A stretch of 46,864 bases of DNA, counting the filler, from Sphacelaria rigidula (taxonomy: Eukaryota): NCBI GenBank assembly GCA_964200075.2. It is 2 parts of 2 records of this genome, joined end to end, with 100 filler letters (N's around TTAATTAATTAA, not from the genome) between each part and the next. Parts side by side here need not be neighbours in the genome. Positions count along the whole stretch, not along the records: positions 23,489 to 46,864 come from CAXNAA020000266.1; 1 more part is not named here. One strand, 5' to 3'. A model generated the notes under the pieces. It was not told the DNA's origin. It searched no databases and saw only the letters and a program-made list of their open reading frames with translations. Within the stretch, counting starts at the first letter, position 1. Every line of letters starts with the position of its first letter. Position numbers and translations under genes: made by a program. Below, piece by piece: positions 35,702 to 46,864 of the stretch.

Positions 35702-36784
35702 TGCTACATCTAAAGAGTTGTGCGGGCGCTCCGATACTACGGTGTCATACTCTACTTATGCACGTCGGTTGAACGTTGCACAACCGCTTGCCACCGGTGC
35801 TACTGCTACTCCACTGCACGGTGGTGCTATTCCCCTGCGTTTTCCCCCGTCTCGCTGGGTTTACTTTGCGGTATTAGCGTATCACCGTGCATGACTCTTG
35901 AGGGCGTTTGGGGTCTGTATGACTGTCCCTAAGTGGTACTATTCACGGCTGATTGTGGTTGCCTATGGACGGGGTGTCTATCATGGGCAAAGTCGGTGGT
36001 CGAATAGCGGCCGGCAAACCTCGGCACAAAAATGTTGGACGTAGTTCGGAGATCGAGACGCATGGCGCACGTTTGGACGAGTGGACGATATGGGAAGATC
36101 TCGGAAAAGTGTGGCCACCATTGCTGTGCCACCGTTGGAAGAGCGGATTTATGGTATCTCGGCTGCCCTTGAAAACCGCGAGGTTCATGCACGTTTCTAG
36201 CGCGGAAGAGGAGACAGGTAGGTGGCGTTTTCCGCCAAAAGCAGGGGTGCGGGTGTTTCGGTCGGCCAGATCGCCGGGCATGTCGTCTCATGTCGTGGTG
36301 CAGCCTGTGCCTGATCGTGACCGAAAACAATTTAGGTATGCCTGGAACTGTGTTGATTGTGTTCACGTAAATCGAATCTTTCATCAGCATCTAGCAAAGC
36401 GTGAAAGTGTTCAGCCTGTATTCGAGTACTGCTTCAATCGGGGTCTTCTGGCAGTACCTCTTTCGCTAATGAAAATGTATTTTAGATACTTGAAAAAAAG
36501 TATATCTGGTAGTACAGTAGTGTGTGCATCACGACTATGAAGCTCGTCGTGAGTAAGTGCGTTACTATCACATGCCCTCCCTTGACACCCGTGCGTCAGT
36601 CATGCGCCTTAGTCATAGCGAAGATCAGCTTACGATAGGTTGATCGCGGTTCGTGCGTGCCCGTTACACCCACTCGTCGCGATAATAGTGCGCTGACTTT
36701 GGCTTCTGTCAACCTTGTTGCTGCACTCATATTATGACACCACCTCCCCCCTCCCTGTCCCGCTATCGCTCTCAATATACAAAG

Positions 36785-37504
36785 GAAGCCTTGGAGGCTG
36801 GTATGTCGGAGAGCCTATTTCGCCGCCTGTGTGAAGCTCATCCTCAATCTCTTCAACGGTTATCCTACCAGTACCGCATGAACGGCGACGTTATGACGCT
36901 CTGCAACGACCTCACATACTCGGGCCGACTGCGTTGTGGCAACGCGCGGGTGGAAGGCCAACGGTTACGTCTCCCACGCGAAACAGCAGCTATTCCTCCG
37001 CCTTCCTTTCCGCCCGCGTTGGCGCGTAACGCAAGCGGCGGCCAGAGTGCTTTGCCTTCCTCGTGGCAAGGCAGAACACCACCTGAACAGGTCGTACCGC
37101 GTCGCCGACAGTCCGACAACGGCTGCAGCAACAACACCATCACCGACAGGGATTTTCCCACGACCGATGTTCGAAACAATCATACTCCGTGGCTGTCCGA
37201 AGTTCTAGATCCGGAAAGAAGAGTGATTTTTTTGGACACAGACGACATTTCTCCTGCGGAAAATGACCGAGTCAGCGCGGAAATCGGGCGATCCAATGAC
37301 GTGAGCTCGGGCGGTCTGGGGAAACGACCGTTCGCTGGACTAGAGCTTAGATCGGCAGTGGCAGATAAGGGGAAGGGGGAGGGGCGGGCCGGTTCTTTAG
37401 TCAACCGGGTCGAGTGTGATGTGGTCCGGTTGCTGGCATGGGGGCTGGACAAGGCCGGGTTTGATCTGGGCGAGGCTGGAGTGATTTCACCATATCGCTC
37501 GCAG
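36785..37504 (+). CDS. DNA2: DNA2-like SF1 helicase/nuclease, third-last exon
   Basis: EALEAGMSESLFRRLCEAHP..LSYQYRMNGDVMTLCNDLTYSGRLRCG...WLSEVLDPERRVIFLDTD...LVNRVECDVV...GVISPYRSQ|gtgaat. Acceptor aaag at 36781-36784. Confidence 0.85.
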
Positions 37505-38185
37505 GTGAATTGTGCTGTCACGGCGTCAGAAAAGTTGATAATTCATGACTGATTCCGCGATAGCCCCCCCACGAACAAAGCCTGGTTTGGGGAGGCAAAA
37601 GCTACATGTAAGTCAAAATGGAAGGAGCTGAGCACACTGAGCAGCTGGGAATTCCCACGCTTGGTATCGTTTTCGCTAATGTCGCCTATATTTGGTGCCT
37701 CATGCAGCCTGAAACCAGCTGTCGTGCGCTGTATGGTCAGTTTCTTCGTGAGAGTTTTGGGGCTGGTTTTGAGGGGAGGGGAGGGTATCGCAGCATCACT
37801 CTCATGCAGTGTAACGCTTTTCTTGTCGTCGATCTCGATGATGCTCTGGTTCGGTTTTAGGGCCCGGTTCGCAGCCCTCTTCATAATGAAGTGTGTAACC
37901 ATATTTCTGTCGGCATATACTGATATGTTATCCGAACGTGCATTATTACTTTCAGTAGTGTGCAATATTGAGGAAACAATGGACACGTCTGACGCATGCA
38001 CTTCTTTCAGTTTTTGGCTGTCTCTGAGGGAGCGGGTGATAGGGCGACGGGAATCCATGACCGGTGGAATGGTATACTCGCACAGCGTGTGTCGAGGACA
38101 CATATTGTGCGACGATCCATCAATCATACCCTCTGCTACAATGACTGCTGACCAACGCCAACAACTTATGTCGTTCGTTTCACAG

Positions 38186-38272
38186 GTCCATTTGCTGCAG
38201 TCGGCGCTGAAGCCGTCGTACGCGAGCCTGGAGATCAACACCATCGATAAGTATCAGGGTCGAGACAAGGAG
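38186..38272 (+). CDS. DNA2: DNA2-like helicase, penultimate exon
   Basis: cacag|VHLLQSALKPSYASLEINTIDKYQGRDKE|gtaagc (SF1 motif V). Confidence 0.88.
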
Positions 38273-38415
38273 GTAAGCCCACTTATCGTGACCCTATTCC
38301 TGGTCCTAAGTCTACTACACCGCTGACCTTTGCCCAAAATATCGGGTGTCATTGCTATTGTATCATGTACCAAGGATTGAAAAGAGATCAATCGAATGAC
38401 GACTTTCAACCTCAA

Positions 38416-38525
38416 GCCTTTGACCGCCGGAGACGGTGCATCCGTGGAATCGGCGTCGTTTTCAGTTCTTTCTCAAGTGGAAGCGACGCCGATTCCATAA
38501 AGAGATCATATTTGGCGATCAAAGA
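38416..38525. mobile_element. Palindromic MITE related to the piggyBac-like family, in the last DNA2 intron
   Basis: Ends CCTTTGACCGCC / GGCGATCAAAGA, with an internal hairpin TGGAATCGGCGTCG..CGACGCCGATTCCA. Confidence 0.55.
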
Positions 38526-38881
38526 AAAAGCGTGACCGGAACCTCAGTGTGGAGATGAACGCCACCATTGGTCTATAATCAGAACGGTGGATGAGCTACA
38601 TACGAGAAACTGACCCATTCCTAATCTTACAATCCCTTCCCTATGGCCTGATCCTTGCCGCGTGCTGAGGTCTCGAAACATCTTCGCGAAAACCGTCTCC
38701 ACATATATATTTTCGGCTCCTTTCCGTCGGTGTTTGGATGTGCTAATGGCAACACTCGCTCATTCTCTGCGAACGCTGTCGGCATGAAATAATATGGTTT
38801 GGCTTTGAACACTCCTACCCCCCTCGCCCGCGCACACACGGATCCCTACACCGTTTCCTCACCGCCCGACCCGGAGATCAG

Positions 38882-39379
38882 GTAATCATGGTGTCCTTCG
38901 TTCGTTCAAACGCGGAGGGTACAGTGGGTCATCTCTTGAGGGACTGGCGGCGATTAAACGTGGCGTTGTCACGGGCAAAGTCTAAGCTCGTCCTGGTTGG
39001 CTCTCTGCGTACTCTGTCAAGCTGCGCCATACTGTCATCGTTAGCCTCTATCCTCAAAACCCGGGGATGGGTTTACCGGCTCCCCCCGGGGGCGCATTTG
39101 TTCTACCCCCGGGGTCTCGCGGAGCACGAATCTGATTTTGGAGAAGGACACGACGTGAAGCGTAACCTTGGACTGGGGAAATCTGGCCCCACTGGAAAAT
39201 ATGCGCAAGTGCGCCCGTCGAGTAGCGCAGTGGCATTGCCTCGTGGGAGTAGATCGGGCGGCGTTGGGGGTGATGGAGGGATGAAAGGGGGTAGGGGTAA
39301 TGGGAATGGTGGAGGGATTGTGGGCGGGGGTAGTGGTGCTTTCGCCGCGAGGGTTAAAGGCAGGAGAAGTGCTGATTGA
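38882..39379 (+). CDS. DNA2: DNA2-like helicase, terminal exon
   Basis: tcag|VIMVSFVRSN..VGHLLRDWRRLNVALSRAKSKLVLVGS (motif VI, DNA2-type LLxDWRRxNVA), followed by a Gly-rich tail and TGA. Confidence 0.88.
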   Translation, partial: VIMVSFVRSNAEGTVGHLLRDWRRLNVALSRAKSKLVLVGSLRTLSSCAILSSLASILKTRGWVYRLPPGAHLFYPRGLAEHESDFGEGHDVKRNLGLGKSGPTGKYAQVRPSSSAVALPRGSRSGGVGGDGGMKGGRGNGNGGGIVGGGSGAFAARVKGRRSAD

Positions 39380-40539
39380 TGTGTAATGTGCGTGCGTGCG
39401 TGTAAGTGCTCGAGTTTTACGTGTAATGGTGCTCTTTTGCTGTTCGATGTTTTCGTGTGTTGTCCTGTGTATGATGTGATTTTGGCGACGTCTCTACCGC
39501 GGTGTATGTGCTCCCGGATAGAGGGAGAGTAAAGATGTTGTGCCCGTTGTTTCGTTTCGTATCCATATGATTGAATTTCAGGAACACGCGCTCTGTATGC
39601 CTATCGGTGTAGCACCAAGCACATTTACGTATCATTTGTGTTCTCTTGTTCAAAGGGGGCTGATGCGGTCGAATGGAGCCCCCTTGCGATCATGCAAAAT
39701 GGCATTTGAAGGCAAATATTGTTGTGTCTAGTTAGTTATCAAGCAACATGCGGTATAGAAAATAAATATCATCGAAACCTCGTGCCTATACCATAAATCG
39801 CATGCTGTTGTGAAAACATATACTCATTTTACGCGTGTGTTTCGAAGCTGGTCGTGGCGTTGAGTAACAGATTTCCCAGCGACATACAATTTTTGATTAT
39901 TTTGGTTGTTGCCTTCAAAATTATCTTCAAGTGTTCCTGCTTTTGGCTTCCTACGCATTAATGTGAAGACAACAACAACGCAGGTCAGGCCGCGAAATTT
40001 TTGTGCACGTGCACAAGAAGAGCTGTGTGGCATGCTTTTGAAAGTGAGGGTACTGCTACTGTACAGTTCTGCATCTTCGAGGACACGTTTCTATTTTGTG
40101 TTGACACCGATGGTATATTTCAAAAGGAGTGTTGGTTGAGCGTGTTCTCTGTTGTATGATCAGCGACGTAGGTATGTTCATATTTCAAAACGATGAAAGT
40201 CACCGTGATACAATCACCCCGCATATATGTATGGTTGCATCTAAACCTGCAGCTCATTTTTTGTTTTTCCATGTTTTACTCGTATTTACTAGACTACTAG
40301 CTTCACCGCAGCATTGATCACAAGTTTATTTCCATTGAGGTGCGACATGATCCGAAATCCCACGCAGACTGAGAACGTGCACATTTTCGGTGGCCCCAAG
40401 GGTCTGCCGAGCGAAATTTTCCAGACACGTAGCCCCCCCCCCCTCACGGACATTTTTTCGAAAATTGTCACGATTTTTTCGATTTTTTTTGTCAAGTTTC
40501 TCGCAAGGAGTTGATCAATAAATACTGTTTTGATTATTT

Positions 40540-41145
40540 TTGTTAATTTTGTTACAAGAAATTGATCAATAAACGCTGACAAAAACCGAAAAGTTTGGTG
40601 GGCTTCGTGGGGTTCGTATATCTGCTTCTGCTCCCTGCCCGTTCTGTCCCGATGACCTCAGATGCCGGAGGGCAATTTTTCGGCAATTAAAATCATCCGT
40701 TTAAAAAATATATATTTTCGGTTAACTTTGTTGCAAGAAATTGATCAATGTACATTGACAAAATCCGAAGAGTTTGGTGGGCTTTGCGGGGTATATATTT
40801 GCTTCTTCTCCTTTACATATTTATTTATATATTTGAAACATAAAATTATATAATAAAGGGATCATATGCTATGTATTATATAACATCTATTATATATTAA
40901 TATATGATTCTAAAATACAGTATATGCTGCCCCTTGATGAATATTCGTATATATGATTTCAGTACATAATGTACAATATGATGTTTATAATATATACAAA
41001 ATAGTATATATTAAGGAGAAGCATATGTGTAATATAGACCTATAATATTGACCTATATTATATGGTACACAAAATATGAAATATAATACATGGTATGTAA
41101 TATATTATACATGATATATAATATATCATCATATAAGTATATCTA
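40540..41145. repeat. Duplicated ~90-bp repeat (40545-40635 and 40725-40812) followed by a very AT-rich low-complexity tract at the Gypsy truncation point
   Basis: CAAGAAATTGATCAAT...TGACAAAA.CCGAA.AGTTTGGTGGGCTT occurs twice. 40815-41142 is strongly A/T-rich. Confidence 0.7.
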
Positions 41146-41149
41146 CTGT

Positions 41150-44100
41150 CTCCGGCAGCTGACCGCATCCATCAACGCTGGCATGGCAGACAGCATTTGA
41201 TATGCGTGGCAACATCTTTTTGACATGGATGGCCACCAGAAACGATCTCAGAGTCTATCATACGTTGCTTTGAATGCGAGGTGTCCACCCGACGCGGGGG
41301 CATCATGGCACTCATGTAAGATCAAATCACGGAGGGTGGTGGGAACGACTAGCTGATCATGGAAAGCTTGGTTCTTGCGCAGATAACCAGGCAAATACGA
41401 ACGGAATAACACGTCTTCGTTTAAGAAGTCCTTGCTCATGGAACCTTTGCTTTCACCATGTGGGAGCGCTATGTCAGGCTCGCGTACGTAGTTTAGATAC
41501 GCACTAAACGCTTTGCGCTGTTCTTCCTGGAGTTGGGCAGGATCGAGCACAGGGAATAACGAAACGGCACTAGAAAACAATTCCGTGTCGTTTTGCACTA
41601 TGTCAATCTCGTTCAACGAGTCGGCGGAAGTTTCGTAGTCACGTGGCCCAGGTGAAAAGTACGGACGATCACTCGGCACAAACTGGCAGACAGACGCTAA
41701 CGCCGGTTGGTGTGCCACTGATTCAGTTCAAATTTCGCCGAACAAACGAGATTGTGCGTCGGGGACTACGTTCAGTTTCTCGGGTACATACTCTACAGTA
41801 AAGTCGTAATTTTGGAGAGCAATAGCCCAACGAGTGAGCATGTTGCTAGTATCTTCCATGTAGTACAAAGCGTGAATGCGCTAATGCATGCACTACTCCA
41901 TAACACTCCAAGGGTAGGTCGAGTAGAGTATACTCAATACTCAGTAATTTTGAAGAGTCATACTTTTAGTACTCAAAATTTGAGTAGAGTATTTGAGACC
42001 GTACTCGACCTACTCAAACGTCGAGTAGAGTAAATACTCGAGTATTTTACTCGAGTACTCAAAAGTACGTACTCTACTCGACCTGCCCTTGCAACACGCT
42101 TTCATCGACACTGAATAGTGTCGTTGCCCATGTTTAAAGCGGTGGCTATAGTAAGCAATGATGTCTAGGGACTTGTCATCATCCTTAAACAGCTGGGCAA
42201 GGAAAGCACCACATCCAGTTTCAGACGAATCAACGTGGACGACAAACTCTCTGGGAAAACCCGGGGAATGTAAAACCGGTGCTGGAACCAATAGACGCTT
42301 GATGTGCGCAAATGTAACATCGTGGTCAACATTCCAAGCTTTTTTGAAACGAGATTTTGTGGCATACTCTTTTTCCGTGAGTTCCACCAAGGGTGCAGTA
42401 ACTTCGGCGTAATCAAGAATAAAACGGAGCACAAAATTAACTACCCCAAGCACTGAGCGAAGTTCTTTGATGCAGGTGGGTGTCGGTAGTGCGTTGATAG
42501 CTTTGATCCGATCCTCCCCAACAGAGACGCCGTCTTTGGAAATTACGTGCCCGATATATTCAATCGATTTAGAACCAAACGCGATCTTTGACGGTTTCAA
42601 TGTCAGTCCGGCTGCCTGCAGAGCTACGAATATGCTCTCCAAATACTTCAAATGATTGTCGAAATTCGCTGACAAGACACAGAGATCATCCATGTAAATC
42701 AACAATTCGGGAATGTGGCCTAACATTTCATGGGCCATCTCAGTGAAAACCTACGGCGCATTACACACCCCAAACGGCATTCTCTTACAACAGTATTTGC
42801 CTTGGTTGGTAACAAACGCCGTACGCTCTACGTGGTCTGACCTTTCTGGAAGCTGCCAGTACGCGCTCTGTACGTCGGCAACGGAGATGAACTGTGCGCT
42901 ACCGACGGTGTAGAGGTCGGACTCCATGTTCGCCATCGGCCACGTCTTGCGAATCAGCAGCTTATTCAACGTAGTACGGTAGTCGACGCAGAAACGAGGT
43001 TGTCCATCTTTACGAGCGACGATCGTGACGGGGGAAACCCATGGGCTAGGTAGTTCTTCAATGATCCCGTCAGTGAGCATATCATTCACGCACTTAATAA
43101 TAACGGCTTCGGCGCGAAGGTTGGCACGGTACGGTCGGCGGCTCACAGGTTTAGTGTTGGGCGGCAAGGGAAACGTTGCGTCATGGGTGGTGCATTTTCC
43201 GAGTTCACTACGGTTCAACGAAAACACGGGACGGTATTTTGCACACAAATCTAAAACTTGAGCTTGTTGCTCAGGGGAAAACGGGGAGTCAGCGAAAGCG
43301 TTCTGCAACGGTTCGGTGAGTTCTTGGCGTGCATGAGCGATTTCACCCACGGTTTTGGGAGTCGCTACAACGAACGGCATGCACGCAAAGTTTGTCAGGT
43401 TGTACGATATCAACTGGAGACAGTTTCGCAAGGACTAGGTTGTCATGCAATGCGAGAGACTCCGACGACGGATTGGCAACTTGTAAGTATACTGCGCCAT
43501 CTCGAGCATGCCAAGTAGTGAAAGTACGCGCGACGAGTACACGTTCAAATTCGATGGGGAAGTCACCAGATTTGATTTCTTCAGTTGTCATCAAGCGAGG
43601 TTCAACTACAACGGTGGTATCATATAACGGTATGACCTCCGAGTACGCTTTTACGATTGCGTTATGCCCGGGGGAATGTTATAATGTCGATGCAGGGTGA
43701 TCGAATGCTCCCGTGCTCTTTTGTGCACAGCAGCAACGGTGAACGTGGATGGAGGCGTGATGCTGGCGCGTGGTACTTTACGATGTAACGCAGGGAGAGC
43801 GGTATCATTCGATGCAAAAGTCAGTTGTTCGTTCTTCCAATCAAGTACTGCACGGAAACGAGACATTGTGTCATTGCCAAGCAAGATTTGACCAGGGCCG
43901 AGGGAAGGGATCACCAAGGCATCAATACGGCGGGAGACGTCTCCCGAACGAACGTTTAACGAAAGATAACCCAACACTTGAAGTGATGCTCAAATTTGCG
44001 GCATTTGGCTTCATGTGAGAGAGTGATACGGGCTCGAGTTGAGCAAACGATCATGTGGGATGTCGTTTCAAGTACGAAAGTGAGACACACGTGATATCAC

Positions 44101-46540
44101 TTGTAGTATCAATGGTCAACTCCGGAACGAAATGATCATTCATATATCCAGGCGTACGAACACGCTTGGACGAAAAAGAAGACGACAACGAAGACTTCTT
44201 CCGCGACAGCGAAGAAAGATAACGGGAAACACGTGTTTTCTCATTAATTCCGCCATGATGTTCGATTTTCTTCCTCTTACGGCCGCTCGAACTATGATTC
44301 AATGCCGGTTCTACCTGAACCTCTCTGCTGGCCTTTGGTTTTCGGGCACTTCGAACACCAATAGACTCGCTACGGTCCACGGGGGAAATGGCTGCGCCAA
44401 CGGGGCACTCTAATGTTCTAGCGGGGAAGCTCACGGGAGAATCTACCCTGACACCAAGACGTGTTACAGCAGGCAACGGCTGACTCTTATCTATCGAATC
44501 TCTACAGTCATGCTGGCTACGCGGAAAGCTATGCGACTCAGGACTCGCAGGCAACGAATTTGCAAGTGACGCTAAACGACTACGGGGTAGTTTAACGCCC
44601 TTTCTACCAAGCGACACGATACTGGTAGGTTTTATCCTAAGTGCTACGGGCACAACACCTGGGCACCCCTACTCGGAGCCGGAATCCTCCCGCCGGGTGC
44701 GCCGACGGCGGCGCTTGGACGGTGACGTCCCGGCGGCGATCTCTGCAGCCTCAATTTCGTCATCCTCTCTGCGCTCGCAGTGGTCGAGGTCGTGGGAATT
44801 CCGCGATTGGCACTTTTCATAAGTGCAATCCTCGCGGTCGGGATCGAGGCGGTGACCGTATCGAGCACTACCGCTACAGCGCGACGAGCGAGCGCCGTTG
44901 CGGTTGCGGTTGCTACCTCCCGACGAGCGACCACGGGAGTTGTTCCTGTATTTCCCGCCACGGGCATTGGTGTTGCTGTTGCGACTGCCCCCAGCAGCGC
45001 GCGTGTTGGGGTTGCTGTTGCCCCTGGTCGCTGCGGACGCGATCACGATACGCGGGGATGGGCGAGTGGCAGCAGCGCGAGCGGTCGCCTGCTGCGTAGC
45101 AGCTTGCGCCTGTGACACGGGTTGACGAGACGGACGATGAGGTATAGCGGAGGAACCACTCAGTGCACTGACAGTGATCCCATTGGAATTGACGGCTTCG
45201 CTACGGCGAGCACGTTCTTCGGCCCCCGCAACGATACCGGTGCCTCGTTTTGAAGTTGCATGAGACGGAGAGTCGGGGTGAGACCGATCTGCCAGAGCTC
45301 GACTGTCATGCAATCCCACGGAGTACGACTCCCTTTTGCCCGCTCTACCGCTGCCATGAAACGAGACAGCATGGTACGGTAACAAAGGGCATACGAGGCT
45401 ACGGACTCGTTGGTCCCTTGGTTGATGGCAGCGACTTGGGCTGCGCCTTCTTCAATCGAGTTTGCGGAGAGAAGGAAGTGCAAAAGTGTGTTCACCATCT
45501 CTTTCCACGTACGGGGGGGAGGGTGGGAACCTGGGGTTTCGGGATCAGGTGTGTCTGCGGCATTTGCGCAGTTGATCTGCCCCGAGAGGATCTGTTGAAT
45601 GAGAGTCAGAACCTCTCCTGATCCTACAAGTGCAACGTGCTTGAGAGCAATGTTATCGGCATAAACAGGGTCCGACGAGACAGCTGCTGCCTTCAACCCA
45701 ACAATCACACGAAAATGATTCAAGGTTTAAAGTACGTCTTGAGAGTTATCACCAGTCAAACGAGTGAAACTACGCAGGTCAGCTGCGGTGACGGAAACGT
45801 TGGCAGTAGTGCTTAGGTACGAACGAGCAGGCGCGGGTGTAACGCTAACGGCGTTGGCTGGCGCATTTCTAACGGTGGAAATTGCTGTTTCAACTGACGG
45901 AGTTGAAGTGACCGCTACTGCACTGCTTAGTGTGGGGGCTACGGCAACGCACGGTGTTGACGTAAGAGCCGGGACTGCATGGGCAGCTGCGGGTAGTACG
46001 GGCGCGCAACTAGGTGGGGCCACCAACGACGATGCGGGTGGTGCGCCACTACTAGTAGGCGCAAACGGAATTGCTGGTTCGCTCGGCGACGATGCCGAGG
46101 GCAGCGGCGGAAACGATTCGCGTGGTGAAACAACGATGTTCTCGTCTTGTGCGGAAATGTTACCCTCTTCACTTACGTGTTGAAACGCTTCCGCTGGTGT
46201 GGTGCCGGCTACAGCTCCGTATACCGCAGAACTTGCTATGAAGGGCTCGGGTTGACGACCCTCCCGGAGGGGCAGCATTCACGCCTGAGTTTCCTCCTCC
46301 CACAGGATCCGCACAAGGTCTCCGGGTTCGAGGAGAGCAAGAGCATCCTCGTGGCGCGCTACGGGCACGCTGGCTCTAGCAGCAGTGCTGGCTCTAGCAG
46401 CAGCGGCTCCATCAGCGGCGGCTTTGGTTGCGAGGTTGACGACACGGTCGTCATCGTTGGCGTCACGGTCGCCATCATCGTTGTCGTTGTCGTTGTTGTT
46501 GGCGGCACGACCCCGAGGAATTCTAGGAACGGTTCTGTGT
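41150..46540 (-). mobile_element. Degenerate Ty3/Gypsy LTR retrotransposon internal region (gag-PR-RT-RNaseH-partial IN), with many stops and frameshifts; LTRs not identified
   Basis: Gag-like ORFs at 44669-46557 include CTYEKCQSRNSHDLDHC. Protease: IDTTSDITCVS and ILLGND. RT: PWVSPVTIVARKDGQPRFCVDYR, MPFGVCNAP, IYMDD. RNase H: FVVHVDSSETGCGAFLAQ, LTRWAIALQNYDF. Integrase Zn finger: HECHDAPASGGHL...FWWPSMSKDV..CLPCQ. Domain order PR-RT-RH-IN. The integrase core is missing. Confidence 0.92.
41909..42091. mobile_element. hAT-type MITE inserted in the Gypsy RNase H
   Basis: TIRs CAAGGGTAGGTCGAGTAGAGTA / TACTCTACTCGACCTGCCCTTG. Imperfect 8-bp TSD taacactc (41901-41908) / caacacgc (42092-42099). 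Internal TACTC/GAGTA repeats. Confidence 0.82.
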
Positions 46541-46864
46541 AACCCCGGCCAGGACAACGGTTTTGGACGGCCATCTCACGTCACTCTACCGGTCAATCTA
46601 TGGTGGCATTGGCATCTGTTCCCTTACATATTTATTGATATATTTATAAGAGCAATGGCCTGGAAAAGGTATACCTTCTCGTTTTTTGCCCAAGAAAGGT
46701 ACGAAAAATGGCCAGATACACGAAAACAGCCAAACACGCTGTTTTGACCGTCATCGCACCGAAATTTTCACGCATATCATTTGGGGGGGCCATTGGCACC
46801 CGGGCCTCGAAAAATAACGGGAAAAAAATATGTTACTCGAGAGGTATGGCCACGCGAAAACGGA

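Noticed and set aside
33428-35894. Multiple Ile/Tyr-rich ORFs (NIY, YIYIYI)
   Set aside because: They are translation products of the CAATATATATTG and (AT)n repeats.
35929-36540. Overlapping 153-195 aa ORFs as upstream DNA2 exons
   Set aside because: They lack the expected preceding helicase motifs (DEA.Q, LVGD..QLPP) and no family was recognised.
46538-46864. 5' LTR of the Gypsy element
   Set aside because: The minus strand has ...GGTTACA, but no TGG-starting primer-binding site follows, and there is no second LTR in the window to compare.

Overview
This is eukaryotic, intron-rich, repeat-rich genomic DNA, most likely from an ochrophyte such as a brown alga. That is an inference from the bipartite plastid-targeting presequence on RbfA, the long spliceosomal introns and the tRNA-derived SINEs. 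An artificial 100-bp linker (N44-TTAATTAATTAA-N44, 23389-23488) separates two probably unrelated contigs. The left contig carries the last exon of a HECT E3 ligase (+), an intronless plastid-targeted rbfA (-), a complete 10-exon larC nickel-insertase gene (+, 497 aa, head-to-head with rbfA, with a His-rich exon and a probable GC-AG intron), and the last exon of an FtsH protease (-). The right contig carries a LINE fragment, a dense field of non-autonomous DNA transposons and SINEs, the last three exons of a DNA2-like SF1 helicase (+), and a decayed Ty3/Gypsy retrotransposon (-) with a hAT-type MITE inserted. The most unusual structures are CACCCTGGAC-ended elements filled with strictly periodic (42-43 bp) arrays of a conserved palindrome plus a half-site, separated by fixed-length spacers that all differ in sequence. 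Two different repeat motifs use the same geometry.
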